From Collinsella sp. (GTDB taxonomy: Bacteria; Actinomycetota; Coriobacteriia; Coriobacteriales; Coriobacteriaceae): DNA of 33,067 nt. The stretch lies in the NCBI GenBank assembly GCA_014871545.1, contig WGSR01000001.1, forward strand, positions 1-33,067, in the 5' to 3' direction. The first letter of the stretch is position 1; every line of letters starts with the position of its first letter. Below the pieces are notes generated by a model. The model was not told where the DNA came from, searched no databases, and worked only from the letters and a program-made list of their open reading frames with translations. Below, piece after piece: positions 16,150 through 24,642 of this stretch. A program made the translations under genes and the position numbers.

Positions 16150-17570
16150 TGGAGCCCAGGCAGACGCCGACATACGAGGCTAACGTCCCGGAGGATCTCA
16201 GCGGCGACGGCGAGATGGCCTGCGAGCTCGCGACCGCGTACTTCGGCGACCCGCTCCCGTGGCAGCCGCACCTGCTCGACGCGATGCTGGCCCGCGACGT
16301 GCGCGACAAGTACCTGCTGCGCACGCTGGGCATCTCCATCCCGCGCCAGAACGGAAAGAGCTGGGTCGTGCGCGCCAGGTGCTTCTACGGCGCGCTCAAC
16401 GGCGAGAAGATCCTGTACACCTGCCAGCACGGCGACACCTCCGACCAGATGTTCCAGGAGCTGTCCCAGCCGTTCGAGGACGAGGACAACGAGGAGCTGC
16501 ACGACCTGCTGCTCGCCGTGCGCAAGACCAACGGCCAGCAGGCCATCAGGCTCAGGAACGGCGGCCTCATCCGCTTCACGACGCGCACCGACTCGCTCGC
16601 GCGAGGCAAGACCTACGACGTGCTCATCTACGACGAGGCGCAGGAGCTGACCGAGAAGCAGCAGGCGGCATCGCTGCCCGCCATCTCCGCCAGCGCCACA
16701 CACAACCCGCAGACCATCTACCTCGGAACGCCGCCAGGCCCCGACAACGTCGGCACGGTGTTCCGCGACCTCCACGACGGCGTCCACGGCGGCAAGTCCG
16801 ATATGGCGTGGATAGAGTGGGGCGCGGACGAGATAGGCGACGTCCACGACGAGTCCCGCTGGTACGAGTACAACCCGTCCATGGGCACCGTGCTCAACTA
16901 CGAGGCAGTCAAGGGCGAGTCCGAGCAGATGCAGCCGGACGTGTTCGCGCGCGAGCGCCTCGGATGGTGGGCGAAGACGGGAGGCTCGCTCCTCTACGCC
17001 CTGTCCTCCAAGAAGTGGGACGGGTGCCGACGCGACTCAGCGCCCACTGGCGGAAAGCTCGCCTTCGGCGTGAAGTTCTCCGTGGACGGCTCCCGCGCCG
17101 CGGTGTCCTGGGCGCTCGCCGACAGGGACGGACCGTCCTACGTCGAGCTGTACGACGTGATGGGCGCTTCGGGCGGAACGGTCGCGATCTCGGACATGCT
17201 TCTGCGCAACCGAGACGAGATCGCGTGCGTCTGCATCGACGGCAAGTCCGGAGCGGACGCGCTCAAGCGGCGGATGCTCGACGGCGGCTTCAGCAAGTGC
17301 GCACTCGAGATGGGAACCCCGGCAATCGTGCAGGCTGCGGCGTCGATGCTCAAAGACGAGGTCGACTCGGGCACGCTGTCGCACATCGAGTCGCCGGCGC
17401 TCGACGACTCGGCGCGCAAGTCGCTCAAGCGCGACATCGGCAGGGACGGCTGGGGCTTCGCGGACGGCCCCGACTCCATCGCAGCCCCCATCGAGTCCGC
17501 ATCGCTCGCCCTCTGGGCGGCTAGAACAACGAAACGAGACCCGCGTAGGGAACAGGAGGCCAGCTTCTGA
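16149..17570 (+). CDS. terL: Terminase large subunit
   Basis: PWQ, Walker A PRQNGKS, Walker B LIYDEAQ, GTPP, NPS. Confidence 0.92.
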   Translation: MEPRQTPTYEANVPEDLSGDGEMACELATAYFGDPLPWQPHLLDAMLARDVRDKYLLRTLGISIPRQNGKSWVVRARCFYGALNGEKILYTCQHGDTSDQMFQELSQPFEDEDNEELHDLLLAVRKTNGQQAIRLRNGGLIRFTTRTDSLARGKTYDVLIYDEAQELTEKQQAASLPAISASATHNPQTIYLGTPPGPDNVGTVFRDLHDGVHGGKSDMAWIEWGADEIGDVHDESRWYEYNPSMGTVLNYEAVKGESEQMQPDVFARERLGWWAKTGGSLLYALSSKKWDGCRRDSAPTGGKLAFGVKFSVDGSRAAVSWALADRDGPSYVELYDVMGASGGTVAISDMLLRNRDEIACVCIDGKSGADALKRRMLDGGFSKCALEMGTPAIVQAAASMLKDEVDSGTLSHIESPALDDSARKSLKRDIGRDGWGFADGPDSIAAPIESASLALWAARTTKRDPRREQEASF

Positions 17571-18988
17571 TGGCAGCAGTGAACATGGAACTGGCGGGGC
17601 AGGTAGCATCCGCCGCAGGCTTGGAGCCGGGGGACGCGGCGCTCGTCCGCGAGCTCATGACCGTCTGGCGCGAGCACAGAACGAGCAACCTCGAGCGCGA
17701 GGACTACTACCTCGGTCACGTGTCGGTGAAGGACCTCGGCATCGCCATGCCGGCGAGCCTCGCCAAGAAGATCAACCCGCGCGTGGACTGGCCCCGCAAG
17801 GCCGTGCATGCACTCGCCGACCGCTCCATCTTCAACGGTTACACGTGCGCGGACGAGCAGACGAGCAAGGCCCTCCGCGCCATCTGCGAGTCGAACCAGC
17901 TGGAGCGCCTCTACCGCAAGAACCTCATCGGCGAGCTGAAGCACTGCTGCGGCTTCTGGACCGTGACGGACGGCGGCGGCTACCCGGTCATCTCGGCATA
18001 CCCCGCCACCGCGGCGGCGGCGCTCTGGGACGACGCTCGCAAGGCCATCAGGGCGGGCCTCGTCGTGGCTGAGTCCCAGAAGATGCCCGGCGACACCGAG
18101 CGCGTGCCGACCGTGGTGCACCTGCTCACAGACGACAGCCTCGTGGTGCTCACGCGCGACGGCGGCTCGTGGGTAGCCGAGTACCGCGAGCACTCGATGG
18201 GGCGCTGCCTCATGGAACCGATGGCACATGGCGCGACGCTCGAGCGCCCCTTCGGCACCTCGCGCATCAGCCGCTCCGTCATGAGCATCACCGACGACGC
18301 CATCCGGCAGCGCGCCCGAATGGAGGTCGCCGCCGAGGCCGCGACCCTTCCACAGACGTGGCTCTTGGGCACCTACAAGAAGATGCTCAACGACGGCAAC
18401 AAGTACGATGCCTCGATGGGCGCGGTCAACGAGATAACGAAAGACCCGGACGGCGACAAGCCGACGGTCTGGCAGTCCGCGCAGCTGCAGATGGCCCCGC
18501 TTACCGAGTACCTGCGCCAGCTCGCCTGCCAGATGTCCGCCGTGACCAACGTGCCGGTGAGCTTCTTCGGCGTGTCCAACGACAACCCGTCCTCCTCGGA
18601 CGCCATCGCCGCGTCCCTGGAGCCCCTGGTCATCGACGCCAAAAACCTCAACCGCGACAACGGCACGGCGCTGCGCAACGTGGCCTACATGGCCCTCGCA
18701 GTGGCGAACGGCACCGACTTCGCGACCGAGCGCGACGCTGGCCACGAGATAAACCCGCGGTTCCTCAGCCCGGCGTACCCGTCCACGGTGAGCCTGTCCG
18801 ACGCGCTGCTCAAGCAGGTGCAGGCGCTCCCGAAGCTCGCCAACTCCACGGTCGCCTACGAGATGCTCGACTACACGGACGAGCAGATCCAGCGCATCGA
18901 GTCGGATGCCAAGAAGGCGCAGGCGAGCGCGGCTATCGCATCGCTGTTCGAGCCGAAGGAGGGCGAGAATGGCGGCGGTGCCGACTAG
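17570..18988 (+). CDS. Portal protein
   Basis: 472 aa after TerL; WPRKAV, RPFGTSRI, NPSSSDAI. Confidence 0.88.
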   Translation: MAAVNMELAGQVASAAGLEPGDAALVRELMTVWREHRTSNLEREDYYLGHVSVKDLGIAMPASLAKKINPRVDWPRKAVHALADRSIFNGYTCADEQTSKALRAICESNQLERLYRKNLIGELKHCCGFWTVTDGGGYPVISAYPATAAAALWDDARKAIRAGLVVAESQKMPGDTERVPTVVHLLTDDSLVVLTRDGGSWVAEYREHSMGRCLMEPMAHGATLERPFGTSRISRSVMSITDDAIRQRARMEVAAEAATLPQTWLLGTYKKMLNDGNKYDASMGAVNEITKDPDGDKPTVWQSAQLQMAPLTEYLRQLACQMSAVTNVPVSFFGVSNDNPSSSDAIAASLEPLVIDAKNLNRDNGTALRNVAYMALAVANGTDFATERDAGHEINPRFLSPAYPSTVSLSDALLKQVQALPKLANSTVAYEMLDYTDEQIQRIESDAKKAQASAAIASLFEPKEGENGGGAD

Positions 18989-20240
18989 CCTGCTGGACGA
19001 GCTGACCGATGAGGTGAACGCGCTGTCGGAAGATGCCCAGGCGAAGGTGAGGCCGGCGCTCGAGTCCCTGTTGTCGAGCTGGGAGCGCGGCGGTGGCGGC
19101 GATGTCGCCGCTCTCCGCGAGAGGGCGTACGAGACGATCGAGGCGGTGCTCGGGTACTACGCCGACACGTGCGTCGCCGCCAGGGCAGCCGAATACTACG
19201 ACGCGGTCAGGGCGTCGCAGGGCTTCCCCGGGAAGTATCGGGCGGTCGCCGAGTCCATGCGAGACCCGGACGCCACGCTCGGCGCGGTGAGGTATTTCAT
19301 CGGCAAGGTCGTCGAGGGTGCCCCCGAGGTGTTCGTCTCTCGGTGCGTCACGAGGGTCGACGAGGAGATCAGGCGCGCCGCCAACAAGTGCGTCGCCCAC
19401 AACGCGCGCAAAGACCCGGCGAAGCCGTGGTACGGCCGCGTTCCCCGAGGCGAGACGTGCGGGTTCTGCCTCATGCTCGCGTCGTTCGGCTTCTACGCCA
19501 AGACCGAGGAGGCGGCCGAGCACTCGCACGCGCACTGCGACTGCCGAATCGTTCCCGGCTTCGACGGGGTGACGACGGTCAAGGGGTACGACCCTGACGG
19601 GATGTACGAGAGGTATAACGACTGCCTGGCCGCGCTCGGAGGCCGCGACGGCATCGCCTCCGATTGGTACGCAATGCCGGAGGACGAACGCGAAACGCTC
19701 GTGAGACGACACGGCAACAAGGAGGGGGAGGCGTACACCGCCTACCTCAACAACCGCGTCGCATCCGAGATAGAGCTGCGCGACCCGTCTTGGTACGCCG
19801 GCGGCGAGCATAAGGGCATAACGTTCACGGACGATGCGGTGAGACGCGACAAGGTGAAGAGATGGAGGGTAGACCCCGGAGAGAGGAGAACCGCAGAGAA
19901 GCTGGCGGCACTGGGCTACAAGACCGAGTTCTGGGAAGACGAGGTGCACCTGAAGAGCGAGAACGCACAAGGGAAAACGACCGTAAGCCGCGCCGACCTG
20001 TCCACAGGCATCGAAATCAAGACCGTGTACACGTCGAAATCGGAGAACACGTTCAAGTCGCACATGAAGTCCGTGGCCAACAAGAGCGGAGTGCGGTTCG
20101 CCGTCTTCGACGTCAGTGAGAACAAGTCGGTCACCGACAGCCAAGCCGAAGCGTGGATACGCAAGTACATGAAGAGGTACGGAATCTCTGAGGTGCGGGT
20201 GCTCGGGCACGACGGGTCGCTCCAAACGATAAAAAAATAG
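18969..20240 (+). CDS. Head morphogenesis (MuF-position) protein with C-terminal PD-(D/E)XK CdiA-like nuclease
   Basis: RVPRGETCGFCLMLAS...HAHCDCRIVP; C-terminal E..TAEKLAALG...ADL...IEIK...VFD. Confidence 0.75.
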   Translation: MAAVPTSLLDELTDEVNALSEDAQAKVRPALESLLSSWERGGGGDVAALRERAYETIEAVLGYYADTCVAARAAEYYDAVRASQGFPGKYRAVAESMRDPDATLGAVRYFIGKVVEGAPEVFVSRCVTRVDEEIRRAANKCVAHNARKDPAKPWYGRVPRGETCGFCLMLASFGFYAKTEEAAEHSHAHCDCRIVPGFDGVTTVKGYDPDGMYERYNDCLAALGGRDGIASDWYAMPEDERETLVRRHGNKEGEAYTAYLNNRVASEIELRDPSWYAGGEHKGITFTDDAVRRDKVKRWRVDPGERRTAEKLAALGYKTEFWEDEVHLKSENAQGKTTVSRADLSTGIEIKTVYTSKSENTFKSHMKSVANKSGVRFAVFDVSENKSVTDSQAEAWIRKYMKRYGISEVRVLGHDGSLQTIKK

Positions 20241-20304
20241 GCGGGAGCTGCATGTCTCAATAGGTGAGTCAAACAGCTTCCGCCTAACCTCATCATACCG
20301 CATG

Positions 20305-20326
20305 GCCGCCCACGGGCGGCTTTTTT
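20305..20326 (+). terminator. Intrinsic terminator
   Basis: GCCGCC CACG GGCGGC TTTTTT. Confidence 0.75.
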
Positions 20327-20470
20327 CATGCCGAAAAACGTCAAACAGGCCAAATCTCACGCCCGTAGGACACTGCCGCGCGACAGGGCCGCACGGCCCG
20401 AAACGCACATCTAAGGGGTTCGGCCGCACGGCCGGCTCAACGGGCCGCACGGTCCGGGAAAGGACGCGAC

Positions 20471-20929
20471 ATGGCAGGAGAGACCAGCACGGAGCCCACG
20501 GGCGGTACGGAGCCGACCGGGGGCGAGGAGCCCGACTACAAGGCGCTCTACGAGGCCGAGAAGGCGCACTCCCGCAAGTGGGAGAAGCAGGCCAAGGCCA
20601 ACAAGGGCGCGGCGAGTGCACTCGACGAGGCCAACCAGGCGAAGAAGACCGCCGACGAGAAGGTCGCGGAGCTCGAGAAGCGACTCGACGCCAAGGAGAA
20701 GGCCGAGGCGCGAGCCAAGATCGCCGCCAAGGTCGCGCAGGAGAAGGGAGTCCCCGCCGAGCTCATCGTCGGCGAGGACGAGGAGAGCATGGCCGCATGG
20801 TGCGACAAGATGCTCGCCGCCTTCAAGACAAAGCCCGCGCCACGAGTGGAGAAGCCCGGCAGCTTCGACAAGGGCGGCAAGGGCGGGGACGAGGCGCTGC
20901 GAGACTTCGCCAAGCGCCTCCTGAAGTAA
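20471..20929 (+). CDS. Capsid scaffolding protein
   Basis: Charged coiled coil (SRKWEKQAKAN) just before the capsid gene. Confidence 0.8.
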   Translation: MAGETSTEPTGGTEPTGGEEPDYKALYEAEKAHSRKWEKQAKANKGAASALDEANQAKKTADEKVAELEKRLDAKEKAEARAKIAAKVAQEKGVPAELIVGEDEESMAAWCDKMLAAFKTKPAPRVEKPGSFDKGGKGGDEALRDFAKRLLK

Positions 20930-20954
20930 GCCAAACCCGAAGAAAGGCACAGAA

Positions 20955-21842
20955 ATGGCTGCAAACGACACCAAGAAAATCAAGCTGCCGTCCAGCGTGG
21001 TCTCCACCATCATCGGCAAGGTGAAGGACACCTCCACCGTCGCCACGCTGAGCCCCAGCACGCCGCAGAAGTTCGCCGACACGACCTATCTCGTGTTCAA
21101 CCCGACCGCCGAGGCCGAGGTCATCGCCGAGGGCGGCAATAAGTCCGGCTCCGAGATCTCCACAACGCCCATTGTCGCAAAGCGCGCAAAGATCGTCACG
21201 ACCACGCGTGTCTCCGATGAGCTGAAGTGGGCCGACGAGGACAACCAGCTGGAGATCATCTCCAACATCATCGCCGACCAGACCGCCGCCGCGGGCCGCG
21301 CTTTGGACTACGTCCTCTACCACGCCATCAACCCCAAGACCGGCCTCGCGCTCACTGGCTACACCGCCCTGACCGCGGACGAGAACGTCCACAGCGTCAC
21401 CAAGACCGACTCCCCGGTCGACGACATCGACTCGCTCTCCGACGCGCTGCTCGACTACGGCATCAACGGCATCGCCATGAGCCGCCAGTTCGCCTCCGAG
21501 CTGCGCAAGCTGCGTGTGCCCGCCACCGGGCAGCGCCTGTACCCCGAGGTGCCGCTGTCCCTCAACGTGGGCAACCTCGACGGCATCCCCGCATCCGTGT
21601 CCGGCACCGTGAACGGCCGTCTCGCCAAGACCCCGACCAAGGTCTCCGCGATCATGGGCGACTTCTGCGCCATCAAGTGGGGCATGGTCCGCGACATCAC
21701 CGCCGAGGTCATCGAGTACGGCGACCCCGACAACACCGGCCAGGACCTGAAGGGCTACAACCAGATCGCCTACCGCACCGAGGCCGTCCTCGCCTACGCG
21801 GTACTCGACCCCAAGGCCTTCGCCGTCCTCAAGAGCGCCTAG
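20955..21842 (+). CDS. Major capsid protein
   Basis: 295 aa; GDF..IKWG...NQIAYRTEA; strong codon bias. Confidence 0.88.
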   Translation: MAANDTKKIKLPSSVVSTIIGKVKDTSTVATLSPSTPQKFADTTYLVFNPTAEAEVIAEGGNKSGSEISTTPIVAKRAKIVTTTRVSDELKWADEDNQLEIISNIIADQTAAAGRALDYVLYHAINPKTGLALTGYTALTADENVHSVTKTDSPVDDIDSLSDALLDYGINGIAMSRQFASELRKLRVPATGQRLYPEVPLSLNVGNLDGIPASVSGTVNGRLAKTPTKVSAIMGDFCAIKWGMVRDITAEVIEYGDPDNTGQDLKGYNQIAYRTEAVLAYAVLDPKAFAVLKSA

Positions 21843-21853
21843 GGGGTACCGAG

Positions 21854-22051
21854 ATGGCTCAGCTAGTCCAGAAGTTCATCGTGGAGGACGCGGGCAAGGC
21901 GTCCAGCATCCTCCCGCAGCACGTGGCGCTCGTGTCCCCCGACGACAAGCCGCTCGTCGTGCCCAAGAAGGTCGCCAACCCCGGCGCCAGCCCGACCGTC
22001 GCAAAGGTCGTTCAGGCCCTCGTCGACGCCGGGATCATGGAGGCCGAGTAG
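21854..22051 (+). CDS. Small head-associated protein
   Basis: Ends LVDAGIMEAE, like head fibre/decoration proteins. Confidence 0.55.
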   Translation: MAQLVQKFIVEDAGKASSILPQHVALVSPDDKPLVVPKKVANPGASPTVAKVVQALVDAGIMEAE

Positions 22052-22053
22052 CG

Positions 22054-22449
22054 ATGGCCGCGCTCGCCAGCGTCGACGACTATAAGGCCCGCTACGGCGA
22101 GCCCGCGGACTCGGCACGCACCGAGGTGCTGCTGCAGGACGCATCCGACCTGATGCTCGCGGCATTCGAGGACCGAATCGGCGAGTACGCCGAGGGGGCG
22201 TGCCCGGCGTTCGACCGCGCCGCCCCCGCCGTGTGCTGCCTGCTCGTCAACCGCGTGCTCTCGGCACCGTCCGCGATGGCCGGCGCCACGCAGTACAGCC
22301 AGGGGGCCGGATGCTACACCGCATCGGTGACCTACGGCTCGGCGCTCGGCGAGATGTACCTAGGCAAGAGCGACCTCAGGCACCTCGGCCTCACCGGTCA
22401 GGCGCTCGGGTCGCTCACGCCGCTGGAGAGGGGAGGGGTGACCGAATGA
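22054..22449 (+). CDS. Head-tail adaptor
   Basis: ASVDD...LLQDAS...YLGKSDL..LG; position. Confidence 0.78.
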   Translation: MAALASVDDYKARYGEPADSARTEVLLQDASDLMLAAFEDRIGEYAEGACPAFDRAAPAVCCLLVNRVLSAPSAMAGATQYSQGAGCYTASVTYGSALGEMYLGKSDLRHLGLTGQALGSLTPLERGGVTE

Positions 22450-22787
22450 TGTGCCTCATCTCCGGCGAGACCGTGACCGTGCGCAATTCGGCCCAGTCAT
22501 ACGACGAGCTTGGCGAGCCTACCGGCGAGACGGTGTCCGAGGAGGCGGTCGACAACGTCGTGGTGTGCCCCGGCGCGACCGCCGACCTCGACTCGACGCG
22601 CCCGAACGGCGTGACGGTCGCCTACACGCTCTGCTTCCCGAAGGGCGCGGGCGTTGACCTCAAGGACGCGACGGTCACGGTGCGCGGCACCGACTACAAG
22701 GTGGTCGGCGACCCCAAGCGATACACCGCGGCCAATACGCCCGGCCCCTGGGACCTCACCTGCGAGGTGACCCGAATCGATGGCTAA
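22446..22787 (+). CDS. Head closure (stopper) protein
   Basis: DELGEP...VRGTDYKVVGDP; position. Confidence 0.7.
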   Translation: MMCLISGETVTVRNSAQSYDELGEPTGETVSEEAVDNVVVCPGATADLDSTRPNGVTVAYTLCFPKGAGVDLKDATVTVRGTDYKVVGDPKRYTAANTPGPWDLTCEVTRIDG

Positions 22788-23070
22788 GGCGAAGTGCGAG
22801 GTCAAGATCAAGTGGAAGGGCTGGAACCGCGGCGGATACGCCGAGGTCATGAACGGCGGGGGCGTGCAGGCCATGCTCACCGAGAAGGCCAACGCCGCCG
22901 CTGCCGCATGCAACTCCACGTTCACGCCGAAGTACGGCGAGAGCGGCTACAGCACCGCGACCATAGGCGGCTCGCTTGCGAGGGGCCGCGTCGTCTACAC
23001 GGACAGCAAACACGCCAACGTGAGCGAGCGCAGGCATAACCGACTGCAATCGGCATTCGGAGGTGACTGA
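22780..23070 (+). CDS. Neck/tail completion protein
   Basis: Position; HNRLQSA C-terminus. Confidence 0.6.
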   Translation: MAKAKCEVKIKWKGWNRGGYAEVMNGGGVQAMLTEKANAAAAACNSTFTPKYGESGYSTATIGGSLARGRVVYTDSKHANVSERRHNRLQSAFGGD

Positions 23071-23411
23071 TGGACATCGAGAGGGTGGTCGCCAAGCGAC
23101 TCATGGACGCGACCGGAATTAAGTGCGTGCCCGACGTGCCGCGCGAGAGACCCGATGAGTTCGTCCAGGTCACCCTCGCCGCCACGAGCGCGACACGGTT
23201 CATCCAGTCCCCGCGCGTGCTCGCCACGTCGTGGGCGAAGACCCGCAGGCGCGCACGCGAGATAGCCGAGGCCGTCGAGCGGGCGTGCGCCGCCATCGAG
23301 GACGAGCCGAACGTGTTCTCGGCCGTTCCCGACGGCACGTACCGATGGGACGACCCCGACACGGGGACTCCCAGATACCAGACGAACATCAACCTGACAG
23401 TTTGCGAATAA
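23070..23411 (+). CDS. Tail terminator
   Basis: VPRERPDEFV...DPDTGTPRYQ. Confidence 0.72.
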   Translation: MDIERVVAKRLMDATGIKCVPDVPRERPDEFVQVTLAATSATRFIQSPRVLATSWAKTRRRAREIAEAVERACAAIEDEPNVFSAVPDGTYRWDDPDTGTPRYQTNINLTVCE

Positions 23412-23420
23412 GGAGCAATC

Positions 23421-23999
23421 ATGGCAGAAAGCAACAAGAACAACGTCGCAAACGTTTCCAGCGCCAAGGGAGTAAAGGGCGGCTACATCTTCACCGCGCC
23501 AGTCGGCACCGCGCTACCGACGGACTTCAAGACGGCGCTCCCCGCTGCGTGGAAATGCCTCGGCTACATCAGCGAGGACGGCTATGTCGAGACGCTCGAC
23601 ACCGACTCCGAGGACATCAAGGACATGAACGGCGACCTCATGGCCTCGCCGCAGACCTCCCGCGTCGAGAGCGCACAGCTCACGCTCGCCGAGATCAAGG
23701 CCGCCACCCTCAAGGTCATGTACGGCTCCGGCAACGTCAAGGACGAGGGCGGCATGATCACGGTCAAGCACAACGGCGACTCCACTGAGACGTGGTCCGC
23801 CGTGCTCGATCTCGTGCTCAAGAACGGCCGCCGCTGGCGCAAGGTGGTGCCGCTCGCCCAGTCCTCCGAGCTTGACGACCTCACCCTCGCCGTGGGCGAG
23901 CTCGCCGCGCGCGCCCTCACGGTCAAGTACCTCACCGACGAGGACGGCAACACCTGCTACGACTACATCCAGTCCACCGAGACCGCGGAGGGCAAGTAA
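23421..23999 (+). CDS. Major tail protein
   Basis: APVGTALPT...LGYISEDG. Confidence 0.85.
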   Translation: MAESNKNNVANVSSAKGVKGGYIFTAPVGTALPTDFKTALPAAWKCLGYISEDGYVETLDTDSEDIKDMNGDLMASPQTSRVESAQLTLAEIKAATLKVMYGSGNVKDEGGMITVKHNGDSTETWSAVLDLVLKNGRRWRKVVPLAQSSELDDLTLAVGELAARALTVKYLTDEDGNTCYDYIQSTETAEGK

Positions 24000-24292
24000 T
24001 GACCGAGCTCACGTTCACCATCCCCGGTATCGACGGCGAGTTCACCGCCGACCTCGACGAGCTGCTCAGCTACAAGACGAACAAGCAGTTCGCCAAGAGC
24101 GAGACCGAGCCGGGCGGGATGTTCGAGGCCTTCGAGCGCGTCTTCGCGGGCCGTGACGAGGAGTACATGGAGCGCCTCGGCGGCTCCGTCGAGTCCACGG
24201 GCGTGCTCATGCAGGCCGCATTCGAGGCGGCGAAGGCAAAAAACTCCCAGGATTCGTCCTCGAGCTCGAAGGGCACCGCGCAGAAGTCGTAG
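23999..24292 (+). CDS. Tail assembly chaperone (G)
   Basis: Between MTP and TMP; contains slippery site A AAA AAC. Confidence 0.8.
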   Translation: MTELTFTIPGIDGEFTADLDELLSYKTNKQFAKSETEPGGMFEAFERVFAGRDEEYMERLGGSVESTGVLMQAAFEAAKAKNSQDSSSSSKGTAQKS

Positions 24293-24642
24293 CGGACTTC
24301 CGACAGTACTACGGCATCGACCTCCCGCTCGAGGGCGGACCGGACGACCTCCGGCGCGCCGCCCTCCTGTGGGAGCAGCTGCCGAAGGAGTCGAGGTGCG
24401 CGCGCCGCATGTACCCAGAGCTCAAGTGGAGCGAGGAGACGTACATGCTCTGGCGCATCGAGCATCAGCTCAGGAGCCTCGCGTGGGGGCTGAGCGACAA
24501 GAAGCACCGGCCGCCGCAGGAGCCGCAGCCGCTCAAGACGCCCGGGCAGCTCGCGGAGCTCAAGAGGCACCAGCGCAACGCCCTCGCGAACAGGGCGGAA
24601 ATCGACGAGATTCTAGGATTAGGAGGACGGGATGGCGACTAG
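24241..24642 (+). CDS. Tail assembly chaperone -1 frameshift extension (T)
   Basis: Open -1 frame KLPGFVLE...ADFRQYYGID...QLPKESR...W. Confidence 0.78.
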   Translation, partial: KLPGFVLELEGHRAEVVADFRQYYGIDLPLEGGPDDLRRAALLWEQLPKESRCARRMYPELKWSEETYMLWRIEHQLRSLAWGLSDKKHRPPQEPQPLKTPGQLAELKRHQRNALANRAEIDEILGLGGRDGD

